Part shown: positions 18,584-31,101 of the stretch, in pieces
Layout of the letters: every line of letters begins with the position of its first letter
How positions within the stretch are numbered: the first letter of the stretch is position 1
Assembly (NCBI GenBank): GCA_964561785.1
Contig: CAZLRF010000001.1
Span: 77,201 to 141,200, forward strand
Direction of reading: 5' to 3'
Length of the DNA: 64,000 nucleotides
Source: an uncultured Acidobacteriota bacterium
GTDB lineage: Bacteria > Acidobacteriota > Vicinamibacteria > Fen-336
The notes under the pieces: generated by a model
What the model saw: the letters and a program-made list of their open reading frames with translations, nothing else
Told to the model about the DNA's origin: nothing
Database searches by the model: none
Translations under genes and position numbers: made by a program

Positions 18584-20293
18584 TCAGAGCGGCCGCACGC
18601 GCGGCCACTCGAGCTCGACGCCCTGACTTCGCAGCGCCTCCTGGAACGCGGCGAGCCGCTTCGGGTCGCGGCGGACCTGGCGCGGCGGCTCCCCCGACTC
18701 CTTGCAGAACGCGGCGAGCGCCCCCGCCGCCTCGCCGATCGCCCACTCCACCGGGTGCAGGCGGTAGCAGCCGTTGGTGATGTGCGTGGTGCCCACGTTC
18801 TTGCAGGCGGGCAGCAGGTTCTCCACCCGTCGCGGGAGGAGGGCCCCGAGGGGAACCTGGAACGGGAGGCTGGAGACGTCGAGGTAGTTGTCGCCGCCCG
18901 TCGTCGGGTGGAGGTCGATGCGGTAGGCGCCGACCCCGACGGAGTCCGGGAAGGCCTCCGCCGTCACCTCCTCGCGCGGCTTCCCGGTCCTCTTCCGCCG
19001 GGCCTCGGTCGAGACGTGCTCCTCCTTGACCGTGAGCTCGGCCCGGATCCGGCGCGACTCGCGGACGTAAGGGGACTTTGCGAGCCCGTCCGCGGTGCCG
19101 ACCACGTCCTCGCGCAGCCGCAGTCCCTTCCATCCCGCACCGCCGTCGGGGCGCGGGGCCTCGGTCTGCATCCAGTAGAGCAGCGACAGGCTGAGCTGCT
19201 TCGCGCGGGCCACCGACCGCGCGCGCTCCTCGCGGGTGCGATCGGAGAGCGGCTCGAGCCAGTAGTCGTTCTGCGGCCAGTTGACGAGCGAGATGCCGCT
19301 CGCGTAGGTCCCGGGGACGAAGCGCTTCGGGTCGGCGATCCGGCGGTAGTCGAACAGGTTGAGGCCCTCCTCGACGGGACCGGCGGGGTCGAAGGCGAGC
19401 GTGCGGGGGGCGAGCGTGATGGGGTGGCTCGTCTGCCACGAGAGCAGCTTCCCCGGCCAGGGCGGCCGGAGCGCGGGCACGTAGTCCCGCCAGAAGCCGT
19501 ACTCCGCGGGCCGCGGGATCGTGTGGTCGGCCCCGGGCACGTAGTCGATCGCGAAGCAGCACGTGAAGGCCTGCTCCGCGTCGGGTCGCGCCACGTCGGG
19601 AGCGCTCTCCTCCCCCGTGTCCGAGCGCGACTCGGCGCCGACCACGTACTCCGTGCCCGTCAGCGGCAGCAGCTCGCCGAGCTCCGTCGCGTCGACGAAG
19701 AGGGGCGCCGCGAGCGTGACCCGCCGGCCCTCGCGGAGGTCCTCGACCGTGACCGCGCGCACGCGGTCGCCGGCCACGTCGGCGGACACCGGCACGTGCT
19801 CGACGAGCAGGCGCAGGCGCCGGCCGCTCACGAACGGCGCGAGCATCTGCGCGAGCACCGCGAGGCCGACCCGCGGCTCGTGGCACAGGGCCGACACCGC
19901 GCCCCCGCCCGGGTTGAGGTGGGCTTCGGCGCGCGCGGCCGCGCTCAGCGGGTAGTGCTCGCGGTAGAAGGCGCGCACGAGGTCGCGGTAGCGCCGGTAG
20001 GAGCGGTTGCAGCCGAAGCTCTCGATCCAGGGGTGCTCGTCGGGGGGCACCGCCTGCGCGCTGACCTGCCCCCCGATCCAGTCGGTCTCCTCGGTCAGGA
20101 TCACGTCGAGGCCCGCCCGGCACGCCGCGAGCGCGGCGGCGCAGCCGCCGAAGCCCCCGCCGACGATCACGAGGTCGGCCGCCAGCTCCCGGACGGGCGT
20201 CCCGAACGCCGCCGCCCGTGCCGGCCGGAAGGCCCCGGCGAGGAGCGTCAGGGCGCTCGACCCGAGGAAGGCACGACGCGTGAATGTGCCCAT
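18584..20293 (-). CDS. TAT-exported FAD-dependent oxidoreductase (PF12831-like)
   Basis: ATG 20291-20293 gives MGTFTRRAFLGSSALTLLAGAF (twin-arginine signal). A Rossmann motif follows (DLVIVGGGFGGCAAALAA). The 569-aa body is typical of FAD oxidoreductases found near glycoside hydrolases. Confidence 0.75.
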   Translation of the reverse strand: MGTFTRRAFLGSSALTLLAGAFRPARAAAFGTPVRELAADLVIVGGGFGGCAAALAACRAGLDVILTEETDWIGGQVSAQAVPPDEHPWIESFGCNRSYRRYRDLVRAFYREHYPLSAAARAEAHLNPGGGAVSALCHEPRVGLAVLAQMLAPFVSGRRLRLLVEHVPVSADVAGDRVRAVTVEDLREGRRVTLAAPLFVDATELGELLPLTGTEYVVGAESRSDTGEESAPDVARPDAEQAFTCCFAIDYVPGADHTIPRPAEYGFWRDYVPALRPPWPGKLLSWQTSHPITLAPRTLAFDPAGPVEEGLNLFDYRRIADPKRFVPGTYASGISLVNWPQNDYWLEPLSDRTREERARSVARAKQLSLSLLYWMQTEAPRPDGGAGWKGLRLREDVVGTADGLAKSPYVRESRRIRAELTVKEEHVSTEARRKRTGKPREEVTAEAFPDSVGVGAYRIDLHPTTGGDNYLDVSSLPFQVPLGALLPRRVENLLPACKNVGTTHITNGCYRLHPVEWAIGEAAGALAAFCKESGEPPRQVRRDPKRLAAFQEALRSQGVELEWPRVRPL

Positions 20294-20371
20294 GACGCGA
20301 CCAAGAATACCCCGGCGGGCCGGGTGCGGCCGCGGTACAATCCCCCGCGGGCCAAGCCCCTCCCCCGACAC

Positions 20372-21814
20372 GTGCGCCCCCTTTCGGCCCCGGCCGCCGC
20401 CCTCGCGCTCCTCGTGGCCGCCGCCCTGCTGCTCCCCCTCCGGCCGCACGGGGACGCCGGCGAGTATCTCCTGATGCTCGAGTCGTGGGACCGCCACCGC
20501 TCGCCCGACCTGCGGCCTCAGGACCGCGACGCCCTGCGGGCGCTGCTCGCCGGCGAGGGTCTCGCGATCGACGAGGGCCGCGTCCTGCCGAACTACCACG
20601 GGGGGCGCGACGGGCGGCTCTACTGCTACCACTTCTGGGGCTACTCGCTCGCGGGCGTGCCCGCCCGGCGGGCGCTCGAGGCCCTCGGCCGCTCGCCGCT
20701 GCGGGCGCTGCCGCTGACGAACGCGGTCCTCCTCGGCCTCGCGCTCGCCGCGACCGCGCTCCTGCCGTGGGACCGCTCGCGCCGCCTGCTACTGGGCGGC
20801 CTCCTGCTCTTCTCCCCGGCCCTCGCCTTCCTGATGTGGCCCCACCCGGAGGTCTTCTCGTTCGCGCTCGTGTCGATCGCCCTCGTCTTCGCGGCACGCG
20901 GCCGCCACGCGGCGGGCGTTCTCGCCGCCGCCCTGGCCTCGCTCCAGAACCCGCCCCTCGTCCTCCTCGTCGCCCTCCTGTGGACCGCGGCGGCGCGCGA
21001 GGCCTGGCGAAAGCGGTCGCTCCCCTCCGTCGTCTCCGCTTCCCTCGCCGCCCTGCCGGGCCTCGCGCCCGCCGCCTTCTACCTCTGGCAGTTCGGCGTC
21101 TTCAACCTCTCCGTGCGTCCGTCGGAGGCGGCCGAGAGCCTCTCCGCCCGACGTGCGCTCGACCTCGCGATCGACCCGAACCTGGGCCTGCTGCCCCACG
21201 CACCGCTCCTCCTCCTGCTCGCCCCTCTCGGCGCCCTCGCCGCGCTGCGTCGGAGGCGCCTCACGCCGGCCCTCCTCGTCTTCGTCCTCCTCCCGCTCCT
21301 CGCCTACGCCACCACCGCGAACAGCAACTGGAACAACGACACCTCGGGACCGAGCCGGTACGTCGTGTGGCTCTTTCCGCTCGTCGCGTTCCCGGCCGTG
21401 GGCGGGTTCGGCGCAAGCCCCGCGACGCCCCTCGGAAGAGCGGCCGGGTGGGCCCTCGGCCTCGCCCTCGCGACGCAGGCCGCGGCCGTGCTCGCCCGCG
21501 GAGGACCGCTCGCCCGCTCGGACTTCCTCGCGCACTCGCGGGCCGCACGCCTCGTCCTCGACCACTGGCCCGCGCGCTACCATCCCTCCCCCGAGGTGTT
21601 CGTCGAGCGCACGCTCCACCACGAGGGCGTCTTCGAGGGGCCGGTCGTCTACCGGAACCCGGAGGGCCGCTGCCGCAAGGCCTGGCTCCAGTGGCGCCAC
21701 GCCGGGGAGCTCCTCGCGGAGTGCGGCGCGCCGCCCGGGGAGATGGCGGCGCGCCTGCGGGCGAACGCCGGCTCCCGTGAGACGAAGCGCGACTGGACGT
21801 ACGTCGACTATTGA
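20372..21814 (+). CDS. polytopic integral membrane protein of unknown function (possibly glycosyltransferase-like)
   Basis: Only the last 480 codons of the 1081-aa track ORF look protein-like. There are many hydrophobic helices (LLVAAALLLPL, LLGLALAATALLPW, LLLFSPALAFLMWP, FVLLPLLAYA). The putative promoter GCGGTACAATCCC lies 30 nt upstream of GTG 20372. Confidence 0.5.
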   Translation: MRPLSAPAAALALLVAAALLLPLRPHGDAGEYLLMLESWDRHRSPDLRPQDRDALRALLAGEGLAIDEGRVLPNYHGGRDGRLYCYHFWGYSLAGVPARRALEALGRSPLRALPLTNAVLLGLALAATALLPWDRSRRLLLGGLLLFSPALAFLMWPHPEVFSFALVSIALVFAARGRHAAGVLAAALASLQNPPLVLLVALLWTAAAREAWRKRSLPSVVSASLAALPGLAPAAFYLWQFGVFNLSVRPSEAAESLSARRALDLAIDPNLGLLPHAPLLLLLAPLGALAALRRRRLTPALLVFVLLPLLAYATTANSNWNNDTSGPSRYVVWLFPLVAFPAVGGFGASPATPLGRAAGWALGLALATQAAAVLARGGPLARSDFLAHSRAARLVLDHWPARYHPSPEVFVERTLHHEGVFEGPVVYRNPEGRCRKAWLQWRHAGELLAECGAPPGEMAARLRANAGSRETKRDWTYVDY

Positions 21815-21994
21815 GGCGCCTCGGCGCGGCGTCGGCGCCCCGAGGGCAGTGGTACGATTCCGCCTTCCGTCCAGCTCAACCCCGGGGGCCCCGATGACCA
21901 AGACGCCCGCGCCAATCCGGACCCGCCGCGCCGCGCTCGCCGCGAACCGCGACGCGACGATCGAGCGGCGCTTTCGCGCACAGCCGCCGACGGC

Positions 21995-24397
<2,403 letters not shown>

Positions 24398-24672
24398 TCG
24401 TCGTCCCACCACGACGAGGCGGCCTGCCGGTCCGCCTCCCCGACGAAGGGCGGGTGTCTGTCGAACGCGAAGAGACGTCAGGCACGCGCGAGAGCACCCG
24501 CCGCGTGCTGGCCTCGTCGCCTCCGCGCGGCCGCGGCCCTGTGGCCGTTCTATCGCCTCGGCCGGCGCCTGCGCGACGCCCGAGAGGCGGCCGCGCGCGA
24601 CGGACCCCCGAGCCGCCCCGCCCGGGTCTGGAGGCCTTGATCGCGCTCGCCGCAGAGAGGTAGCCTCGCGCC

Positions 24673-25305
24673 GTGGTGAGCACCCTCACGATCCGCGACG
24701 CGCGGCCGGCGGACGAGGCCGCGGCCTACCACGTCTGTCTCAAGACCGGGGACCACGGCCGGGACGGCGAGCCGTTCTACCGCGACGACCCCGACGCGCT
24801 CGGCCGGATCTTCGTGGGCCCGTACCTCGCCTTCGAGCCGGACCTCGCCCTCGTTCTCGAGGACGGGGAGGGCGTCTGCGGCTACGCCTTCGGGGCGCTC
24901 GACTCGCGGGCGTTCTACGCGCGCTACGAGAAGGAGTGGCGGCCGGAGCTGTGCGCGCGGTTCCCGATGCCGCCCGGCGAGCCGTCCTCGTGGACCCGGG
25001 CCGAGACCGTGCACTCCTGGTACCACCGGCCCGAGTACTTCTGCCCGGAGCCCTACGAGGCGCACCCGTCCCACATGCACATCGACCTGCTCGAGCGGGC
25101 CCGGGGCCGGGGTTACGGCCGCCGGATGATGGAGGAGGTGATGGCCCGGCTGCGCGAGCGCGGGTCGCCGGGCGTGCACCTCGGGGTGAGCGTCCTCAAC
25201 ACGCCCGCCCTGGGCTTCTACGCCCGGCTCGGCTTCCGCGAGGTCGTGCGCACCGGCACGACGACGGACGGCACGGTCTACCTCGCCCGGAGCCTCCGGG
25301 GCTGA
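24673..25305 (+). CDS. GNAT family N-acetyltransferase
   Basis: 210 aa. Acetyl-CoA binding region RGRGYGRRMMEEV...GFYARLGF. GTG start 6 nt after a TAGCCT hexamer. Confidence 0.75.
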   Translation: MVSTLTIRDARPADEAAAYHVCLKTGDHGRDGEPFYRDDPDALGRIFVGPYLAFEPDLALVLEDGEGVCGYAFGALDSRAFYARYEKEWRPELCARFPMPPGEPSSWTRAETVHSWYHRPEYFCPEPYEAHPSHMHIDLLERARGRGYGRRMMEEVMARLRERGSPGVHLGVSVLNTPALGFYARLGFREVVRTGTTTDGTVYLARSLRG

Positions 25306-25346
25306 GCGCCGCCTCGCTCCGCGGCCGCCGCGCTACCATCTCCGCC

Positions 25347-26816
25347 ATGGAGAACGCTCGCCCGATCCGCGCCCTTCCGCTCCTCTGCGTCGCCGCCCTC
25401 CTCCTCGCCGGCGCTGCCCCCGCCCAGGAGGCCCGGGTCACCGTCTCCTCGCGGGCGGGCGACCGGCTGACCGACCGGGCGTCCGTCCGCTTCCAGGCGG
25501 CCGCCGCGGCCGGCCCGGGGTTCCGCATCGACCCCTCGGTGCGCCTGCAGACGATGGAGGGCTTCGGGGCGGCCTTCAACGAGGCCGGCATGATCGCCCT
25601 CTCCAGCCTGCCCGCCTCCGAGCAGGAGGAGGTGCTGGCGCGGATCTTCGACCCCGCGAAGGGCGCCGGCCTCACGATGATGAAGGTGGACCTCGGCGGC
25701 AACGACTTCATGTCGGCCGGCCCCTGGTACACCTACGCCGAGACGCCGGGCGACGCGGAGCTCGCCTCCTTCTCGATCGCGCGCGACCTCGGCCCCCACG
25801 GTGTCGCCACCTTCGTCAAGCGGGCCCGGCGCCACGGCGAGTTCCGGCTGCAGGCCTACATGGACTACCCGCCGGACTGGATGCTGATCGACCCCGTGCG
25901 CTTCCAGGACGTCGACCCCCGCTGGTTCCCGGTGCTGGCCCGCTACTACCTGCGCTACGTGGAGGAGTACGCGAAGGAGGGGCTCGCCATCGACTTCCTG
26001 AGCCCCTTCAACGAGCCGGGCATCTACACCAAGATCCCCTTCTGGAAGATCCGCGACCTCGTGCGCGACCACCTCGGGCCGCTGTTCGAGCGGGCCGGGG
26101 TGAAGACGAAGCTGCAGACCCCCGAGTTCCTCTCCCGGGAGAACGCCTGGTGGAACGCGCCCACCGTGCTCGACGACCCCGGGGCGCGGCGCTACCTGAC
26201 CGCGCTCGCCTACCACGGCTACGACGAGCCGGTGGCGAACACCGAGTGGGCGAGGGCCATGGTGGCCCTGCACGAGCGCTACCCGGACCTCCCGCAGTGG
26301 ATGACGGAGTACTGCCACGCCTACCAGGCCGGCACCCCGAAGACGCTGGCGCTTCCCGCGCTGTCCTTCGAGGACGGCGACTTCTGGGGCAACCGCATCT
26401 TCACGGACGTCGAGGCCCGCGCCTCGGTGTGGATGTACTGGAACCTGATCCTCGACGAGAAGGGCGGTCCCTGGCTGGTGAGCCCCGTGCACGGCAACCC
26501 CGACGGCAACGTGCAGCACGCGGTCGTGGTGATCGACCGCCAGGCGAAGAAGGTCACCTGGACCGGCACCTACTGGCACCTCGCCCACTTCAGCCGCTAC
26601 GTGCGCCCCGGCGCCGTGCGCATCGGGGTGGCGCCGCTCGAGGCGGGGGCCCCGGCGGGCGTGCGCTGCCTCGCCTTCGAGCCGCCCGGGGGCGGCGTGG
26701 TGGCGCAGCTCCTCAACAGCGCCGAGAGCGCCTCGAAGGTGCCGCTCGTGTGGCAGGGCCGCACGGCCAGCGTCGACCTGCCGGCCCGCTCCATCGCGAC
26801 CGTGCGCTGGCGCTGA
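25347..26816 (+). CDS. glycoside hydrolase family 30 (glucosylceramidase-like), secreted
   Basis: ATG 25347, in frame with track ORF 24936..26816. Signal peptide present. GFGAAFNEAG, FNEPG (acid/base), WMTEYC (nucleophile region). 489 aa. Confidence 0.8.
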   Translation: MENARPIRALPLLCVAALLLAGAAPAQEARVTVSSRAGDRLTDRASVRFQAAAAAGPGFRIDPSVRLQTMEGFGAAFNEAGMIALSSLPASEQEEVLARIFDPAKGAGLTMMKVDLGGNDFMSAGPWYTYAETPGDAELASFSIARDLGPHGVATFVKRARRHGEFRLQAYMDYPPDWMLIDPVRFQDVDPRWFPVLARYYLRYVEEYAKEGLAIDFLSPFNEPGIYTKIPFWKIRDLVRDHLGPLFERAGVKTKLQTPEFLSRENAWWNAPTVLDDPGARRYLTALAYHGYDEPVANTEWARAMVALHERYPDLPQWMTEYCHAYQAGTPKTLALPALSFEDGDFWGNRIFTDVEARASVWMYWNLILDEKGGPWLVSPVHGNPDGNVQHAVVVIDRQAKKVTWTGTYWHLAHFSRYVRPGAVRIGVAPLEAGAPAGVRCLAFEPPGGGVVAQLLNSAESASKVPLVWQGRTASVDLPARSIATVRWR

Positions 26817-26933
26817 GCGAGGTCTCCGCCTCGCCCGTTCGAGACGCCGCGGCTCGACCTCGTTCGAGTCGAGCCGGCTCGGCCCCGCGAGCCCCGAGCC
26901 GGCGTAGGATGAGCGTACGACCAGGAGGACGTG

Positions 26934-28301
26934 ATGACCGAATCCACCAAGACCTCGCGCCGCGACTTCTTCAAGGCGGCCTCCGCGGGAGCGCTCGTCT
27001 CCACCCTCGCCCCGTCGATCCTGCGCTCGGCCGAGGCGGCCGTCTCGCCCAACGACCGGATTCGCGTGGCCACCATCGGCCTCGGCATGATGGGCCTCAA
27101 CGACACCAACACCGCCCTCAAGGTGCCCGGGGTCGAGCTGGTCGCGGTGGCGGACTGCTACGACGGTCGGCTTCAGAGGGCGAAGGAGCTCTTCGGCCCC
27201 GGCGTCCACACCACCCGCGACTGCTTCGAGGTCCTCGACCGAAAGGACGTCGACGCGGTCATCGTCGCGACCCCCGACCACTGGCACCAGAAGCTCTCGA
27301 TCGCCGCGCTCGAGCGGGGCAAGGCGGTCTACGTCGAGAAGCCGGTGGTGCAGAAGATCGAGGAGGGCGCGGCCCTCGTGGCCGCGCAGAAGAAGTCGGG
27401 CAAGGTCCTCCAGGTCGGGAGCCAGCCGATCAGCTCGGTCGTGACCGAGAAGGCCCGGGAGCTCTTCCGCGCCGGCGCGATCGGCAAGCTCAACATGGTC
27501 ACCATCCTGATCAGCCGGAACGACGCGCTGGGCGCCTGGGAGTGGCCCATCCCCACCGACGCCTCGACCGCCACCGTCGACTGGGACCGCTTCCTCGGTC
27601 ACGCCCCGAAGCGGCCCTTCGACGCCCAGCGCTTCTTCCGCTGGCGCAAGTACTGGGACTACGGGACCGGCGTCGCGGGCGACATGTACGTCCACCGCTT
27701 CACGTCGCTGCACCGGATCATCGACTCGAAGGGGCCGGTCAAGGGCATGGCGACCGGCGGCGTGCGGTTCTGGCTCGACCGCGAGGTCCCGGACATGCAG
27801 CTCGGCCTCTACGAGTACCCGGAGACCGACAGCCACCCCGCCTTCACCCTCCAGCTCGGGGCGAACTTCGCCGACGGGGGCCACGGGCCGACGTTCCAGC
27901 TCGTCGGGGACGAGGGCGTCATGTCGCTCGAGGGGGCCGGCATCAAGCTCAGCCGCTCCGCCAAGTCCGACGACGAAGGCTTCGAGCGGTCGCTCCTGCA
28001 GACCTTCGCCGAGGCCGAGCAGAAGCGGTGGCTGGCGGAGGTGGCGGAGAAGCGCGCCGAGATGGCGGCGCCGCAGTCGACGCCGCTCTCCACGACGAGC
28101 GAGTACCTGCCCCCGCGGGGCTACGACTCCCACCTCGACCACTTCCGGATCTTCTTCCGCGCGATGCGCGGCGGGGAGCCGGTGGTCGAGGACGCGGCCT
28201 ACGGTCTGCGCGCGGCGGCGCCCGCGCTCATCGCGAACATCGCCCTCGTCGAGAACCGTATCGTCGGCTGGGACCCGGAGGCGATGACGCTCGTGCGCTG
28301 A
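26934..28301 (+). CDS. TAT-exported Gfo/Idh/MocA family oxidoreductase
   Basis: Twin-arginine signal ([14 protein letters not shown]). Rossmann motif ([12 protein letters not shown]) and EKP motif (VYVEKP). ATG 26934 follows the RBS AGGAGG by 5 nt. Confidence 0.8.
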   Translation: MTESTKTSRRDFFKAASAGALVSTLAPSILRSAEAAVSPNDRIRVATIGLGMMGLNDTNTALKVPGVELVAVADCYDGRLQRAKELFGPGVHTTRDCFEVLDRKDVDAVIVATPDHWHQKLSIAALERGKAVYVEKPVVQKIEEGAALVAAQKKSGKVLQVGSQPISSVVTEKARELFRAGAIGKLNMVTILISRNDALGAWEWPIPTDASTATVDWDRFLGHAPKRPFDAQRFFRWRKYWDYGTGVAGDMYVHRFTSLHRIIDSKGPVKGMATGGVRFWLDREVPDMQLGLYEYPETDSHPAFTLQLGANFADGGHGPTFQLVGDEGVMSLEGAGIKLSRSAKSDDEGFERSLLQTFAEAEQKRWLAEVAEKRAEMAAPQSTPLSTTSEYLPPRGYDSHLDHFRIFFRAMRGGEPVVEDAAYGLRAAAPALIANIALVENRIVGWDPEAMTLVR

Positions 28302-28331
28302 CTGGCGCGCAGTTGTGGTCTCATCAAAAGT

Positions 28332-28374
28332 CCACAATCGGTAGAATCTGGACTTGACAGAAGTCCACATGCGC
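28332..28374 (+). promoter_or_regulatory. repeat-containing putative operator/promoter upstream of the DUF4143 ATPase gene
   Basis: AAGTCCACA at 28332-28340 and 28366-28374, with an inverted copy TGGACTT at 28354-28360. TAGAAT and TTGACA hexamers lie between the repeats. Confidence 0.35.
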
Positions 28375-28388
28375 AGGACACTCGTGTC

Positions 28389-29717
28389 GTGCCCCTGCAC
28401 CCGATCCTGGCCGACAAGCTGAGCTCCACGCTCGCGGCGAGCCCCGTCCCGCCGTTCACCCGGCGAGACGCCCGACTGCCGGCCATCGCGGGCAAGGTCC
28501 ATTCGGTCATCGGGATGCGCCGCGCCGGCAAGACGACCTTCCTGCACCAGCTTCAGGCGGAGAGGCGACGGTCGGTCCCGGTCGAGCGGGCGCTCTTCCT
28601 GAGCCTCGACGACGAACGCCTGGGCGGCATCGAGGTCGACCAGCTCGGCTTCCTGGTCGAGGAGTACTACCGGCGCTACCCGGCGTCGCGCGGGCGCGAC
28701 AGCGTGCTCTGGCTGCTCGACGAGGTCCAGCTCGTACCGGGCTGGGAGCGGTTCGTCCGCCGCGTGATCGACTCGGAGAAGGCCGAGATCGTCGTCTCGG
28801 GATCCTCCGCTCGCCTCCTCTCGCGAGAGGTGCACACGTCGCTGCGCGGTCGCGGGATCGCCACCGTCATCCGGCCCTTCAGCTTCCGCGAGTTCCTCAG
28901 GCACCGCGCCGAGGAGCCGCGCGAGGAGCCCCGCCGCTGGACTCCCGCCGAGCGGTCGCTCGTCGAGATGCGTTTCCGCGAGTACCTGGTCGAGGGCGGC
29001 TTCCCCGAGGCGCAGGGCCTCCCTGCCCCACTGCGCGTCGAGCTCCTCCAGGGCTACGTCGACACCGTCCTCTTCCGCGACGTGGTGGAGCGCTACGGCG
29101 TCACGCAGGTCGCGGCGCTGCGGTGGCTGGTGCGACACTGCCTGCGCAACCCCGCCGGCGCCTTCAGCGTCCACCGGCTGCACCGCGATCTCAGGTCCCA
29201 GGGGCACGGCCTCGGGCGAGAGGCGGTCGACGCGATGCTCGGCCACCTCCTGGACGCGTTCCTGCTCAGCGCCGTGCCGATCGCGACGGAATCGGAGCGG
29301 CAACGCAACTCGAACCCGCGCAAGCTCTACCCCGCGGATCCCGGCCTGATCGGGGCCTTCGACGCGTCGGGCCGCGCCAACGTCGGCCACGCTCTCGAGT
29401 CGGCCGTGCTGAACGAGCTCGACCGACGGGGCGCCGAGAGCGCCTACGTGAAGACCGAGGAAGGCCTGGAGGTGGACTTCCTCGCCCGCCACCCGGGAGC
29501 GGGAGAGGAGCTCGTCCAGGTGTGCGCGGACCCGTCGGAGCCGGGCGTGCGCGATCGCGAGCTGCGCGCCCTCGCTGCGGCCGCGGCGCTCCATCCGCGG
29601 GCCGAGCGGAGGCTCCTCGTGCTCGACCGCGACGCGCTCCCGCCCGTGGCCACGCCGGGCGTCGAAGTCCTGCCCGCCTACGAGTGGCTCCTCGCCCCCG
29701 AGCCGCGCGGAGGCTAG
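28389..29717 (+). CDS. AAA+ ATPase with DUF4143 (COG1373 family)
   Basis: Walker A (GMRRAGKTT), Walker B (LWLLDEV), and a C-terminal DUF4143-like region. It is a paralogue of the gene at 60294..61454. Confidence 0.75.
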   Translation: MPLHPILADKLSSTLAASPVPPFTRRDARLPAIAGKVHSVIGMRRAGKTTFLHQLQAERRRSVPVERALFLSLDDERLGGIEVDQLGFLVEEYYRRYPASRGRDSVLWLLDEVQLVPGWERFVRRVIDSEKAEIVVSGSSARLLSREVHTSLRGRGIATVIRPFSFREFLRHRAEEPREEPRRWTPAERSLVEMRFREYLVEGGFPEAQGLPAPLRVELLQGYVDTVLFRDVVERYGVTQVAALRWLVRHCLRNPAGAFSVHRLHRDLRSQGHGLGREAVDAMLGHLLDAFLLSAVPIATESERQRNSNPRKLYPADPGLIGAFDASGRANVGHALESAVLNELDRRGAESAYVKTEEGLEVDFLARHPGAGEELVQVCADPSEPGVRDRELRALAAAAALHPRAERRLLVLDRDALPPVATPGVEVLPAYEWLLAPEPRGG

Positions 29718-29764
29718 CCGGTCGGGCTCAGGCCACCTCGAGGCCGGCCGCTGCCGGTGTGGCG

Positions 29765-30559
29765 CTACTTCCCGGCTGGTCCAGCCGTCGGGCGGTTGAC
29801 GTCGCCGACGGCCTCTTCCATGAGCGTGGCGACGCCGCGCGGGTCCTCCTGCTGGGCGACGTGGCCGCCCGGGAACGTGCGGATCGTCCAGCCCCGCGCG
29901 ACCGCGCGCTGCCAGCTCTTGTCGGTGCGGGCCCGCTCCTCGGCCGACTGGTCCTTCGGGACGAAGGCGACGTAGGTCACGGGCAGCTTCAGCGCGGCGG
30001 GGTTCCTGTACGAGACCGGCTGGCTGAAGCACTTGATCGACTGTTTAACGTTGTGGGGCGGCGGCGTGTCGGGCTTGACCCACGGCACCTGCATGAATCC
30101 GTCCGCGAAGCGGGAGGGGTCCCGCGGGCCGTCGCCGCCGAAGAGGTCCCAGAGCGACATGCCGTCCTCCGGTACCGCCGCGTCGAGGAAGATCACGTGG
30201 CGAATGCGCTCCGGCACACGGTCCATGACGCCGGTGATGACCATCCCGCCGTAGCTGTGGCCCGTGAGCACGACGTCGCGGAGGTCCTCGAAGAGGATCA
30301 GGTTGACCACGTCGTCGATGTGGGTCTGGAGGTCGATGTCGGGGCTGTTGAGGTGCATCCGCTCGCCGAGGCCGGTGAGGGTGACCCGGTAGACCGTGTG
30401 GCCGTCGTCGCTGAGGAACTGGCCGGTCCTCTTCCATTCCCAACCGCCGGCGGTGGCTCCGTGAACGACGACGTACGTGTTCTTCCCGGACCCGTCGGCC
30501 GCGCGGGCGCCCGTCACGCTCAGCAGGCCGGCGGTGGCGACGAAGGCGATCAGCTTCAT
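29765..30559 (-). CDS. secreted alpha/beta-hydrolase (esterase)
   Basis: ATG at 30557-30559 with the RBS GGAAGAA. Signal peptide MKLIAFVATAGLLSVTGARA. Nucleophile elbow GHSYGG. 264 aa. Confidence 0.7.
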   Translation of the reverse strand: MKLIAFVATAGLLSVTGARAADGSGKNTYVVVHGATAGGWEWKRTGQFLSDDGHTVYRVTLTGLGERMHLNSPDIDLQTHIDDVVNLILFEDLRDVVLTGHSYGGMVITGVMDRVPERIRHVIFLDAAVPEDGMSLWDLFGGDGPRDPSRFADGFMQVPWVKPDTPPPHNVKQSIKCFSQPVSYRNPAALKLPVTYVAFVPKDQSAEERARTDKSWQRAVARGWTIRTFPGGHVAQQEDPRGVATLMEEAVGDVNRPTAGPAGK

Positions 30560-30701
30560 GGTTCTTCCGATGGTCGGCAGCCGGTGAATCAGCCGGACTG
30601 CGGCGGCCGGAGTGTAGCACCAGTCCGGGAGCGAGCTCGCCGTATGACTGCGCGAGGGTTCGGCGTGCGGGCGCGGCCGGACGGCGCCGCCGCCGACTGG
30701 A

Positions 30702-30900
30702 TCACTCGAGCATCGCCGCGCCCAGTCGCTCGAGGAAGCCGTCGTAGACCTTCTGCTTCCCGAAGCCCTCTTGCCGTCGACACCCATGCGCACGACGACC
30801 AGGTTCCACTCGGGCACGACGAAGAGCACGTTGTGGTTGAGGCCGCTGGCGTAAGCGAAAGTCGAGGTCGAGGGCGCGGGCGATCGACCAGGCGTTGAGA
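30702..30900 (-). pseudogene. overlapping gene remnants (beta-lactamase-family C-terminus; glycosyltransferase-like N-terminus)
   Basis: One frame reads ...GLNHNVLFVVPEWNLVVVRMGV, a serine-hydrolase/beta-lactamase C-terminal signature. Another reads MVVARRWDGLGGRLHALLNAWSIARAL, a GT11-like N-terminus. Neither has a full-length partner. Confidence 0.25.
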
Positions 30901-31101
30901 AGCGCGTGGAGGCGGCCTCCGAGTCCGTCCCAGCGCCTGGCCACCACCATCGCCCCCGCGGGCACCCGCGTCATCTCCGCCATCGGTCGGTGGCGATTGT
31001 AGACGCGTCCGCCGCTCCGGCCCTGGGGTAAAATCCCAGCCTCACGTCCCCCGTAGAACCCAGCCTCGACCAACGCCGAGCGGACCCGGAGGAGACCGAG
31101 C

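Noticed and set aside
24398-24672. 275-bp intergenic region after the TPR kinase, examined for a small gene
   Set aside because: The only ORFs are low-complexity (for example ...LWPFYRLGRRLRDAREAAARDG) with no start or RBS context. I treated it as a terminator hairpin (24398-24417) plus the GNAT promoter region.
25278-30032. 1584-aa minus-strand ORF across the GH30, Gfo/Idh/MocA and ATPase genes
   Set aside because: No family similarity. It is antisense to three genes that each have diagnostic motifs.
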